Assembly (NCBI GenBank): GCA_951406725.2
Contig: OX597820.1
Coordinates: 110,546,001-110,610,000 of the forward strand
Direction: 5' to 3'
Length of the DNA stretch: 64,000 nucleotides
Source: Octopus vulgaris
Lineage: Eukaryota
Shown: positions 15,340 through 28,351 of the stretch, in pieces
Numbering within the stretch: position 1 is the stretch's first letter
Layout of the letters: each line of letters begins with the position of its first letter
Program-made: the position numbers and the translations under genes
The notes under the pieces: generated by a model
Databases searched by the model: none
What the model was told of the DNA's origin: nothing
What the model saw: only the letters and a program-made list of their open reading frames with translations

Positions 15340-16230
15340 CTGAACAGACCACAAAACCATTATTCTTGGTGTTTGTTGACTTTAGCTGAGAATAAATCAA
15401 TAAACCATTGTACTTGACATTTGTTGACTGGGAGAAAGCTTCCAACAAAGTACCTTGCTGTATGATATGGTGGGCTCTGAGGAAGCTAGGGGTAGATAAG
15501 TGGTTTGTGAAAGCTGTAAAGACATTGTATAGAAATTCTGTCAGCAAGGTGACTGTTAGCCATGAGTACAGTGATGGATTTAGTGTACAGGTAGGCATTC
15601 ATTAGGATTTGGTTTTCTGTTTCATTCTATTTAGTGTTGCTCTCCAGGACATATCAGACTGGCTGCCCCTGAAAACTGTTATATGCTGATGATCTTGCTA
15701 TCATAGCTGATCCTGTAACAGAACTAGAAAAGAAATTCCAAGTGTGGAAGCAAAAACATGAAATCAAAGGGCCTTATGGTTGATTATGGTTGAGCAAAGA
15801 CTAAGATTCTTCTAAACAAGAAGACAGGCAGGACCTTACCCACTTTAGGTAAATGATAAGTAGGAAAAGCGTAGGCAGAAATTCTACACAGTCTACTCAG
15901 TGCACACTATGGAAACACAAGAGGTGCAGTGGAATAACAGGTAAGTTAAAGAAAGTAGTGTTTATATGTAGAAGAGGCTCAGGAGCCGTAAAATTTATAG
16001 ATACACAAGAAATTGAGTTTCTGAAATGCTCTGGAGACTCTCCCCTGTAACCTAGGGGACCTAATTAGTGGTGAGAAAGATGTACTGAAAGTGGAATTGG
16101 TAGAATAATAATATGATGGACAAAATTCAGAACGCTTTTACCTCTGTTGACAATCAAAGGTCTCTTTCTCTGAGTGAAAGGAAGATTGTATGATGCATGT
16201 GCATGAATAGACAAATGTGCAATGCTAGTG
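15340..16230 (+). pseudogene. Old RTE RT fragment
   Basis: LTFVDWEKAS, WWALRKLGV, YADD and a degenerate Cys/His cluster. Confidence 0.8.
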
Positions 16231-18430
16231 ATAAAGAGAGGGAAATTATCCAAGTCAGATGGGATTAAACTCCTAAATAGGACATCAATCTGAGCAATAA
16301 ATGAATGTAACCATTACAAGTACCTAGGTGTATTGGAGAATACACCTAACAGAATCCTCTGCCAAGAAATGAAAGATAGAGTGAGAAACAAATATCTCAG
16401 GAGAGTAAAAACGGGTACTAAGCTCAAAACTAAATGGAGGGAAAAGCATCTCGGCAGTAAACACATGGACAGTCTCTGTAATAAGATATTCTGCTGTTTT
16501 CTTAAACTGGATTAAAGAAGAACTGAGAGATATAAATTGTAAGACCAGAAAGATAATGTCCATGTACAAGTCATTACGTCCCAGAGACAGTGTTGATAGA
16601 TTGTACCTACAATGGGAAGAGGTAGGAGGGGAAGAGTTTGATATCAATAGAAGACTGCGTAGACATGGCAAAATAAGACATACAAGAGTATGTAAGGAGC
16701 GACCCAGAAAGACTGATTTTGCTGCCAGAGGAGAGCAGAAAGAAGCTGTGGAGACGGCAATGGAATACTAGAAAAGAAGAAAGCAGGGGTGGAAACGAAA
16801 CGTCTGGGGAAAGGAAATACATGACCAAATCTCAGGTAAATGTGGGACATTGCAGCAGAGAAGTCTTGGTTACAGCTGAAGAAAGGATACCTTAAGAAAG
16901 AAACAAGACTCCTAATGGCTTCTCAAAGCCAGTCATTGTGAATGAATATCACTAAAGCCAAAATAGACAAGTCCATGAAAAGTGCAAAGTGCAGAGTATG
17001 CAACGAGAAAGAGGAATCCATTATGCATGTAAGTTCCTGTAGTCCAGGGGTCACCAAACTATGGCCTACAAGGTCAGTTCATCCAGCCTGCCACTGCACT
17101 GTACCTTTTGTGTAAGTACCTGCAATGAGAGTACATTCCTGCAGTGATTGTGTTTCAACTTGCATTGCTGTTTTTAAACATTCTCTCCATGAGAATGTTT
17201 GCTGAAAATGAATTCGTCTCTCGTACAAGTTAAAAAATAGTGCGTAAGATGGCAGAGTGAGGAAAATCACTTACTGACCACAACTTCGTCAAAGAGTGTA
17301 TGATGGAATCAGCAAATGATTTGCGTCCTGAGAAAGCTGACTTGCATGGAAGTGTCAGCCTTTCAACAAGTTCAGCTGTGGAGAACAGAAGAGCTTGGAG
17401 AGAACATAGTGCGACAGATATGCGAGAAAGCTGGGAACATTTTGTGATATTCTCTGGCACTGGAAAGATCCTACTGATCTCACAAGTACGTCACAACTTC
17501 TTGTGTTCATTCGTGGTGTTAATTTAGACTTTCAGATCATAGATGAATTGGCAACTCACGGATGGAATTGCAGATGTCAACCTTGAGTTCCTGAAGATTA
17601 TTTGTGATTCAAATAAGCATTTTTTGGAGAGATTTTCAGATCTTGACAGAATTGAGAGAAACATTCTTCTGTTCCAAAATCCATTTGATTGTAAACTTGG
17701 TGCTCATTGATTTGCAAGCAAAGGATTTATTAAAAGAAATGCACAGAGAAGGAAAACTTATTAAATTTTATGGCTGCTTACCTCATGATGAGTTTTCAAA
17801 TTTGAAGAAACTTGCCTTTGGTATGGCATCAGTATTTGGAACAACTTATATCTGTGAAGTCAGCACATTGAATGATGTTGATTGAACACTTGAAAGAAAT
17901 TCTCCTGGTTGGATGCAGCAATTCCAAAGCAAATATTGATATCTTTAAATCTAAACAACAGTTTCACAAATCTCACTAACCATTTTTGCTGCTTAGTTTG
18001 TGAGATTCAGATACATGTGCACTGGGTGTGATATAACTATCTTATTGTTAATGTCAACTTCTTTGATAACTTTTTGGTAAATAAATATATTGGTTGTCAT
18101 TATTTTTTGTGTATTCACTGTATTGTATTGAACAAAATGGTTGCGTGGCCCACACTCGCCATTCCTTCAGTTATCTGGCCCTCTGTGAAAAAAGTTTATT
18201 GAGCCCTCCTGTAGTCCTTTGGCACGGAAGGAATATAGGCACATACATTACTGTGTGGCCAAGGCACTACACTGGGACATATTACAGTAAAAAAAAATTA
18301 AAGTAGGAAGAAAATGGTACAAACCAGAAAGTGTAATAGAGAATGACCTACATGAGGTTTTATGGAATTTTAGCATACAGACTGATAGTGAAATTCATTG
18401 CAGGTGACCAGATATGGTTCTTGCTGCATT
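16230..18430 (+). pseudogene. R4/Dong-like (restriction-endonuclease type) LINE 3' fragment, copy 1, interrupted by a hAT element
   Basis: YKYLGVLE, a CRVC...H...C zinc motif and a PD-type endonuclease remnant; ends at (AAT)n. Confidence 0.7.
17045..18208 (+). mobile_element. Internally deleted hAT (Buster-type) transposon with an 8-bp TSD CTGTAGTC
   Basis: CAGGGGTC left end; CTGTAGTC at 17037-17044 and 18209-18216; SVFGTTYICE dimerisation motif; the empty site is visible in the paralogous copy near 23957. Confidence 0.85.
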
Positions 18431-18444
18431 AATAATAATAATAA

Positions 18445-18658
18445 TTCTTTCTACTAAAGGCACAAGGCCTGAAATTTTGTGGGAAGGGATTAGTTGAGTA
18501 CATTGATCCAAGTGTTTCACTGGTACTTAATTTATCGACCCTGAAAGGATGAAAGGCAAAGTTGACCTTGGAGGAATTTGAACTCAGAACATAACGATGG
18601 ACGAAATGTGGCTAAGCATGCTGCCAGGCATACTGACGATTCTATCAGCTCGTTGCCT

Positions 18659-18699
<41 letters not shown>

Positions 18700-19086
18700 A
18701 TAATAATAATAATAATAATCATCATCATCATCATCGTTTAACGTCCGTTCTCCATGTTAGCATGGGTTGGACGGTTCGACCGGGGATCTGAGAAGCCAGA
18801 AGGCTGCACCAGGCTCCAGTCTTATCTGGCAATGTTTCTACAGCTGGATGCCCTTCCTAACGCTAACCACTCCGTGAGTGTAGTGGGTGCTTTTTACGTG
18901 CCACCTGCACTGGTGCCAGGCGAGGCTGGCATCGGCCACGGTCGGATTGGTGCATTTTACGTGCCACCTGCACGGAAGCCAGTCGAGGCGGCATTGGCTT
19001 CGGCCATGATTCGGATGGTGCTTTTTACGTGCCACCAACACGGAAGCCAGTCGAAGCGGCGCTGGCATCGGCCACGATTCGGATAG

Positions 19087-19134
<48 letters not shown>

Positions 19135-19700
19135 GTAATAATAATAATAATAATGTTTCTATATTAGGATGATGGGGCCAGAAATTTGGAGCAGTGGATA
19201 TCTTGATTATATTGACCCCAGTACTTGAGTGGGTCCTCATTTTATCAATCCTGGAAGGAGTAAAAAGCAAAGTTGGCCTCTATCAAATTTGAACTCAGAA
19301 GTAAAGAACTAGAACAAATACGGCAAGGATTATTTCTGATGTCCTAATGATTCTAATAATTCTTTCTACTGTCAGCAGTTGGGATAGTTCATTACATTGA
19401 CCCCAGTGCTCGACTGGTACTCAGTTCATCAACCCTGAAAAGACGAAAGGCAAAGTTGACCTTGGTGGGATTTGATGTCAGAACATGCCGCTAAACATTT
19501 TGTCTGACATTCTACTACTACTACTACTAATAATAATAATAATATTTGTCACTGATTTAAGCACAAGGCCTGAAATTTGTGAGGAGGGTGTTAGTTAATG
19601 TCATCAACATCAGTACCTGAATAGTACTTTATTTTATAGACCATGAAAGGCAAAGTTGATCTGGCAGGGGTGCAACTTTGTCTTTCACCCTTTCATCCTA
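18445..19700 (-). mobile_element. Cluster of SINEs and an RTE-3'-type retroposon separated by (AAT)/(ACT)/(ATC) tails
   Basis: Repeated gaaaggcaaagttgacct...gaatttgaactcagaac (B-box-like on the minus strand); the same family recurs at ~24500, 33930-35000 and 36035-36230. Confidence 0.75.
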
Positions 19701-22299
19701 AAATAAAGTACCAGTGAAGTGTTGTGGTTGGTACAATCAATTACCCTTCTTTTCAAAAATTGCATCATAATAAGAATATGAACAAATCTCTTTTTATCCA
19801 AACTCTTAGAGCCAGCCATCACCTGCAAACAAATATGGCTTGGTAACATGTACCATGTTTTCACTAATCATTTTAGGTACCTATGTAGCTATAAGCTGAC
19901 ATAGACACCTTTTCAGACCTCTTCACCTTTGATCCAACAGAACATCCAAGGTACGACAGTTGAAGAGACAGAAGGCTACACTAGCACTTGGATGGTATTC
20001 ATTTTGACCTGTGTTGATGGGTGCAGTATGAAACAAAGTACCTTGCTCAAGGATGCAACATGGCAACCAGTCTAGGAATTAAACTCATGAGCTGAACGTA
20101 AGTTGAACATTCTAACCTTTAAGCTACACATCTTCCCATACTCACTTGGAGTTTAATACTCTGTTAATTCAGATATTCCACCATCTTAAATGATTAATGA
20201 ATATTTCTGACATTTGTACAAGTCCACAAATTCACCAATAGAAAGAATACTAATACATGACTGATATTCATTTTATCAACCCCATATCAAAACTATGCTG
20301 TGACAGGATTTGAACTTAAACAATTATATACAAAATATTTTGTCCAACATTCCAACATTTCTGCTTTTCGATTGTTCCAGTAATAATCAACCCTAGTTGA
20401 TAAATATTTTATTGACTCTTCAGGAATAGAAAGGAAAAGTACACCTAGGTAAGATGTTGTTACTCAACAGGGTAAATCAGAGATCAGCAATTCCCTCCAG
20501 GTTGAACCATTAATTCTCTGCATTGAGAGGCCACAGCTCTGGTAATAGATATTGATTAGAATGTTTCAGGAAAGAATGACTAGATGGATTCTTCAAGCTG
20601 AGCCAACCAACAGGAGACCTAGGGTAGACCAAGAAAGAGATGGTTGAATAATATTCATAGTCTCAGTTGGTCTGTTTGGGAATCTAGCTGGAAAGTCTAT
20701 TGATGGCTGCTTCTGATAGGACTCTGTGTAGGAGGTGCCTGAGGACTTTACCCTCAGTCCCTCACATTAGGAATAGTGGGTGAAGAAGATGGATACACAC
20801 ACACACACACTAACAGATAATCAATTGTAAAGCTTTTGTTATATGAAGGCAACCACAATACAAGACATAGTAAGATTAGAATTTGAACAGTTGGTGTATG
20901 GAACTAAAAAAGTGAAAGACATTTTTAGACTTGCACTCTGCTGCTTCTTCTGCACTGCCACCTTCCAATTGCTGTTCAAAATATTAAAACAGAAGAGTGA
21001 CGGTTAGGGAAGAAGAAACAGGATAAACAGAAAGTAAAACAGCTGTTAAAATATAGCAAAAGTTAGTGGAGTCAGCAAATTAGGTTGTACTGAACACTAG
21101 TGTTCCCTCAGGGTGGGCATAATGTTATGCAACCAGTGCAATGCACAAACAAATTATATTACAGACATACATATACACACATTTTACCTGGCTGGCATTC
21201 TAATGTGTCTGCCAAATCACTTCTTTTAAACTATTTATAATGAGTTCTTACATTGAAAAGATGCCACAATTCTTTCAGAAAAAGGGTAAGCTGTTGTTAC
21301 AATAGACACCTCAAATCATGTTCTATTTATTATTGGCTACAGAAACACAAAAGGTAAAGTTGCTATTAGCAGGATTTAAACTTAGAATAGAAAAGAATAG
21401 AACAAAATATTATACAGCATTTAGTCCACTATTCTACTACCTCTGTCAATTGACAACACTTCCATCATTCATAATAATGCTTATTTTACACAATATTTCC
21501 CTTCGAAAACAGAATCAACCTGGTTTACTCTTGTCACCCACCTTTTCTTTTCATCTATTTAATAACCATATTAATTGAAAATTTATTGTCCTTTAGTCCA
21601 AAATCTCCTTACTTGCTCATATCTTCATCTGCATTACTTCTATTTACAATAACAACAATTATCATTTCTAAAAAGGCACAAGGCCAGCAATTTGCAGAGG
21701 AGGTTTAGTAACTTGAATTGAATGAATATTTGATTGGTACTTTATTTCATTGCTCCTATAATGATTCTTACAATCCATTTGAAAAACTATTTTCAGTAAA
21801 GGAACAAATTTATTGTTTTCAAGGCAAAATCTTAAATGTGCTCACATTTTTAACTGATAAAAACTTCTCTGGAGAGTTTCCAACGACCCGTTCAAATGCA
21901 TACGCCATGGCAAAAACACAACAATCATATGTACCAACTTGGGGATTAGTAATATGAACTGTAGGAATTATGTTTGTTTGTGGGAGTACAGCATTGTTAT
22001 CTGCGCTGTTAATTCCTGTGGTATGGTAAATTCAAACTGTTATAAACATAAACATCTCTGAAAAAACTGGTTGACAAAACAAAATGATTGTTCCTGGTGT
22101 GAAGAATGAACAGTGTGCAGTGTGGACTGTATGTTAGAAATTCCGTGTGAGAAAAAATGCTTGGTTGTATTGGAATTTCAGTTGGCTATTCATCAGGGTC
22201 TGGGACACCTCTCAAATGTCCTCTGGATCCATCACTAAATCTCGGGGCGAACCTTCTCCATCCAGTCGTTTGTTTGTAGTGATACTGATCATTTCTTTA

Positions 22300-23433
22300 G
22301 CACTGTAAGTTTTTACAGGGTCAGGTTGGTAGCCAAACACCTAACCTGCCTCCTTTCTCATATTCACACTGCATAAGATCGTAAAACAAAGATCACTAAT
22401 AATAAACTTCATTGATTTCAAAAAGGCATTTGACAGTGTGCACAGAGAAACCCTCTGAAAGATTGTGAAAGTGTATGGAATATCAGACAATTACATCAGT
22501 CTGCTAAGCAGTTTCTACAACTCAAGCTGCTGCATGAAAATAGAGTATGGATACACTGGGTTTTTCTTGAAATCATCACTGGAGTAAGACAAGGCTGTCT
22601 TCTGTCACCAATATTGTTTCTGATGGTCATTGATTTTGTTATATGAAAATCAATGGTGGGACTAGCTGTAGGCATACCATGGATGACAAGGGACTAGCTA
22701 ATAGACTTGGATTTTGCCAATGACACTGCCCTGTTGGCTGAGTCACCCAACATTACAAGAAATGACAACAAAAATGGAAAGGGAAGTGGCAAAGACTGGG
22801 TTGAGAATCAGCAGTCAAAAAATGAAGGTAATGTAAGTTGGGAAACAAGTAGAAAGTGTACCAGTGAAAGTTGAGCAAGAACCAGTTGAAGAAGTTACAA
22901 GTTTCATAAATCTGGGATGCATAGTGACAAGCAATAGCAATGCAGAGAGAGATGTAAGATGCAGAATTGGCAAGGCAGCATCAGTATTTAGAAGACTGAC
23001 AACACTTTGGTGTAGCAATAACATAAGTGTAGAACTGAAGATTCCTCTGTACAAACAGCAAGACTGCCAATAGAGATTTATGCAGCTGAGACCTGGAAAA
23101 ATCCTAAGAATCACTTATTGAGACAGAGTGACAAATGAAGCCATTCTCTAAGCAGCAAGAGTGCGGCCCCTGCATACTGAATGATGAATGAGAATGGCTG
23201 GACACATACTAAGACTGCCAGGGGAGAGGCTTGCTAAAACAGCTATGGGCTGGATGCCCCTAAAAGGTAGGAGAAAAAAAAGCCAGCCAAGGAAGATCTG
23301 GTGTAGTACCCTCAAAGAAGACCTATGCAGACTGAACATCATTTGGGAAGATGTGTACTAATTGGCCAGAGACAAACATAATTGTTGATCACTAACTGCC
23401 CGATGTGTTGCTCAAAGGAACCAATGGACCTAA
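22300..23433 (+). pseudogene. Second RTE-clade LINE family, RT remnant
   Basis: FIDFKKAFDSVHRE, GVRQGCLLSPILF, LDFAND and DVRCRIGKAASVF. Confidence 0.8.
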
Positions 23434-24480
23434 GGAAGGAGAAGAAGAAGAGATATAGATTGTAAGACCAGAAAAATAATGTCCATGTACAAGTCATTAC
23501 GTCCCAGAGACAGTGTTGATAGATTGTACCTACAATGGGAAGAGGTAGGAGGGGAAGAGTTTGATATCAATAGAAGACTGTGTAGACATGGCAAAACAAG
23601 ATATACAAGAGTATGTGAGGAGCGACCCAGAAAGACTGATTTTGCTGCCAGAGGAGAGCAGAAAGAAGCTGTGGAGACAGCAATGGAATACTAGAAAAGA
23701 AGAAAGCAGGGGTGGAAACGAAACGTCTGGGGAAAGGAAATACATGACCAAATCTCAGCTAAATGTGGGACATTGTAGCAGAGAAGTCTTGGTTATAGTT
23801 GAAGGATGGAGAGCTTAAAGACAGAAGGCTCATAATGGCTGCTCAAAGCCAGTCGTTGTGGATAAGTATCACTAAAGCCAAAACAGACAAATCCATGAAA
23901 AGTGCAAAGTGCAGAGTATGTAATAAGAAAGAGGAATCTATTATGCACATAAGTTCCTGTAGTTCTTTGGCACAGAAGGAAGATAGGCATAGACATGACT
24001 GTGGCCAAGGCATTACATCGAGACATGTTACGGCAAAGATTTAAAGTAGGAAAAAAATGATACAAACATCAACCAGAAAGTGTAATATATAAGATGTTAT
24101 GGGATTTTAGCATACAGACTGATTGTGAAATTCATGCCATTTGACCAGATATTATGGTTCTTGACAAGGGGTAAAAAAGAGTGTACCATCATAGATGTGG
24201 CTATATCTGCAGACATGAATGTAGCAATCAAAGAACAGAAAAAAAAAAAGAAAATACTAGAATTTGGTTGGGGAAATATGATGACTGTGGAGGGATTCTA
24301 CATAAGTAATCCCTGTTATTGTAGGTTCATACTATCATCAACAGACTTAACAACTACAAGAGTTGAATTGATTTAGAAATTTGCTCTGTTGGGAACAGCA
24401 AGGATTGTGCGAAAGGTCCTCAGTATTGAAAGTAACTGGTTATGACCTGGTATCAAGGAAACTGATTCTGAATGCAGAAC
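23434..24480 (+). pseudogene. R4/Dong-like LINE 3' fragment, copy 2
   Basis: Paralog of 16520-18430; CRVCNKKEESIMHISSC, RHRHD and IIDVAISAD. Confidence 0.75.
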
Positions 24481-25284
24481 ATTCATGCACAAAAATAATC
24501 CTTTCTACTAAAGGCACAAGTTGACCTCAGCGGAATTTGAACTCAGAACACAGCAACAGGTGAAATACTGCAAAACATTTCATCAAGCGTGCTAACAATT
24601 CTGCCAGCTCACCACCTTATTCATGCACAATAATAATAATAATAATGATGATGATGATGATGATAATGAGGGACTCTCCTGTCAAAGACAATGTATGAAT
24701 GCTCAGCTTTTGTGGAACAACCTGCACAAATAATTTGTTTATAGTGATCAAATATATATGCTGTATATTGGCTCACTCCCTCCATTAAATCAACTCCACC
24801 TGTTCAGGTGCATGGTGTGCCATGCATCAGGTGTCAAAAGTGATCACAGAGCAACTGAGATGTGTTTTACTCATGAACACAATGCCCCACCCAGTCCAGG
24901 AAATGAAACTTTGATCTTACAGCCATGAGTGCAACACCCTAATCACTAGGCCATGCATCCTCACTATGACTAATAATAATAATAATAATCATAATAATAA
25001 TAATAATAATAATTAATTCTTTTTATTGGCCACAAGGGCTGACACACATGATTAGAAAACATAAAGGGACAAAACAGGACGAAAGGTTACAAAGGGTTTT
25101 GTCCGTTTGTGAAAAAAATCGTGTAAAATCAGTGTAACAATCAAATAATATAACAACGAAAAACCCCCAATAGGGGGAGGCATTACGAAAGGTTCCTGGT
25201 GGAAAAAACCCATAAAAGCCAACGGGTGCCTGGTCAAAAGGGGGGGTAGAGAGCCCCTTTCTCCTTTTATAACACCTTTTTCAA

Positions 25285-28200
25285 TTACAGGCGAAACCTG
25301 AGAATTGGTCCATTTATACTGGCCATTCTTGCACAATTCACCCACCTTTCAGAAAACTTGCTATCGGACAGCACTCTCCTCTCTAACCTCATCTTCCTTT
25401 TCAAGTGAAACTTGAAAAAGTTGATGAGGCCTTGACCAAAGAGGAAAGTGTCTGACTTTAGCCCTTTCAAATGGGTCCACCATACAACCTCTTTTGCCAC
25501 AGCCACTAGGCACAGGAAAACTGCCTTGCCCTCCTTGTTAAAGGAGGTCGGCGGGGCAATCTTCACTATGGATTCAGCTGATAGCCGGATCCGTCCTATA
25601 CATGACAGTAGCTGTTCGACATAAACCCATAGTTCAGCAATACTCAGGCACTGGACAAGTGCATGCAGAACGGTTTCGTCGTCCTGGCAACACCTCGGGC
25701 AGGCCAGGCTGACGGCACTTCCGTGCCGGTAGAGTTTATCCCGAACAGGCAGAGCACTGCCAGGCGAGCGACCTCTGGAAACTATCAGTAACCACAGCAT
25801 CAGTAACCACAGCATGCCAAGGCCTCCGTTCAGCGGTCGTTGACAGCAGATGGATCGCCTGACCAGTGGCACCTGACCCTTCCACAAAAAGTCGAAGAGC
25901 AGGCGTACCAGCTTGGACAACCAGCGGTCGGGACAAGGGACGACGGTCAAGCGGTAATAGATGACAGTTGCGATGTACGCATTTGCCACCTCCACTCGAC
26001 CTTTCAGGGACAGCTTCCTCTCGGCCCATTTCTGGGTGAGATTGGCCACCCTGCTCGTCACTTCTTCCCAGTTTCTATCCACCTGGAGGTCCGGACCGAA
26101 CCAGACCCCGAGCAGTTTAACGGGTCCGTCTGTCCAGCGCCCTACGATGCTGTTGGACGGCATGGGTTTGCCTCTCCAGGTGCCCAGTTGCAAGCCCACG
26201 GACTTTTCCGCGTTAATCTTTGCCCCTGTCACCGCTTCGTACTCGTTTAGCGTCTCGCCAATCAGGTCAATGTGCCTGTGGCTCGACACCATCACGGTGA
26301 CGTCGTCGGCATAGGCAGACATGCTGTTTCCACCTCCTAGATCGCGCGGGATACTCCTCAAAGTCTCAAACTTGTGCAGTAATGGCTCGAGAGTCAATAT
26401 GTACAAGAGGGAGGAGAAAGGGCATCCTTGGCGGACCGAATGTGAGATGTCAAACGGTTCCGAAAGGTGACCGTTCACCCGTATCACCGAGCAGATGTTG
26501 CTGTATAAAGTAGCGATCCACCCGCGGAAGACTGGACCGAAGCCGGCTGCCTTGAGAACAGCTGCCAGGTACCAATGGTTGACCCTATCGAAGGCTTTAC
26601 TCTGATCTAAATTGATCAAAGCCCCACCCGCGCCAGCATCGTTACCCACCCTCTCTATGATGTAGTGCATGAGATGGAGGTTGTCGTGTATCGACCTGGT
26701 CTTGCCAACCAGTATGTCCATGACAAGCGCCAATCTCTTGGCTAGCACCTTGGCCAAAATCTTCAACTCTGCATTGAGCAGAGTGATGGGCCGAAAATTC
26801 CCTATAACGTCCCCCTTGTTTGGGTCCTTTCTCAGCAAAGCCACCACCCCTCGACAGACAAAAGCAGGAATTCTCCCGTTTTGCAGTAGGCGTCTGCCAA
26901 CAGGCCCGCAAACAAGTCTGGCATTGAAGTGTAAAGCTCGTAGGGCAGACCATCCAAACCCGGCGATCTACCTCTTGTGCAACTCTTCATTGCTTCCTCC
27001 ACTTCCCAGGCAGATATCGGTCCTTCGCTGCACTCTGCCTCGCTGCACTCTGCCTCGCTGTCCGATAGTTGCGGTAGGCCGTCCAGGTACACACCAAAGT
27101 CTGTACCGTTGTCCGTTCCACCGATCGTCCTAAACAGTTGAGCAAAGTGCCGCTGAAACACCGCACACATCTGCTTCGGTTCGGTAACCTCGTGCCCGTT
27201 CTGGTCCACCAAAGACCGAATGGTTGCTTTGTTGCCTTGCTTCGCCTCCACCACGCGGGCCCATCGAGCGGCTCTAGTCCCCTCCCCGCTTAGCGAACGT
27301 GCCTTAGCTCTGACAACGCAGCCTTCATGTTTGGTGTCAAAGTGTTGGTCGAGGGCCAACCTTGCCGCCAACACGTCGGTCGCGATGCCAGTCTCAAGAG
27401 CCTCGTCTAATTTCTTAACTAAATCCCGCTCTCTCTTCCTACGTTCAATCACTAGTGACTTACTAAACCTAATCGACTCTACTCTAATTGCTCTCTTGAG
27501 TGCAAACCACCAGTTGTTGTTGATGATTGCCCCCGTGAGCGCCCACTTAACTAGTAAACTAATCCGGTCTCTGTAAGCTTTGCACGCCGTTAACGATGCG
27601 TTCAGCTTCCAGTAACCAGGTCCCTGTCTATGTAGCCGATCTAAGTCGACCGTAGATCACGAATTTGTGGTCCGTGTAGTCAACTAGGTGGAATTGTGAA
27701 CACCCTATGCTGTCCTTATCCGCTGGCCTACAAAACACTCTAAGTACGATCTAGACGACCCGATGCGATTGGTCCAAGTCCATATTGGCACATTCGGCTT
27801 GTCTAGTCGAAACCTGTCGGACAGCTGAAAGCGTCCGAGTAGGTTGGCGAGGCTCTTGCACCCCCTCTCCTATCAGATGCTCCTCTGCCCACCCAGTCGA
27901 AACGTTCGCCTAAGACAGCGTTCCAATCCCCAACTAGCACTAGAGTGCGTGACGTTCCCAGGAAAACTTCCAGACGTTTGAAATAATCCGACTGTCCTGC
28001 TCTTGTTGGAGCGTAGGCAGCCAGCAGTCTGAAAGCACCGCCGTCACTACCGTCTACGTCAAGGACCACCAACTTACCTTCTGGATCTAGGAAGACTGTC
28101 CTTATTTTCAAGTCCAGGCCCTTCCGAAACAACACCGCAGTACCACCACCGCTCGCTCCCGGCCGACACGGAGATAGAAAGATCTTGTATCCGCCGAAAA

Positions 28201-28351
28201 GGGCTGCGAGTTCCTGCGGGTTGGAGAGCCTGGTTTCACTAATGGCTGCTACATCCACATCATGAAACCTCAGGTCGTTTAACAGGTGACCCTGTTTCCA
28301 AGGTGACCCGAGGCCTTTCACATTCAAGCAACCGATTCTAAGTTTTGCCAT
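25285..28351 (-). pseudogene. Tx1-type ORF2 (APE endonuclease, RT, C-terminal Cys motif), frameshifted
   Basis: LNVKGL, ISET, VGDWN, SPGLDGLP, FRPITLLN, LDQSKAFDRV, VRQGCP, YADD and CPRC...ETVLHA. Confidence 0.92.

Noticed and set aside
18840-19083. Repeat-spacer pattern superficially like a CRISPR array
   Set aside because: Eukaryotic context, the spacers are related to each other, the unit belongs to the RTE 3'UTR, and there are no cas genes.
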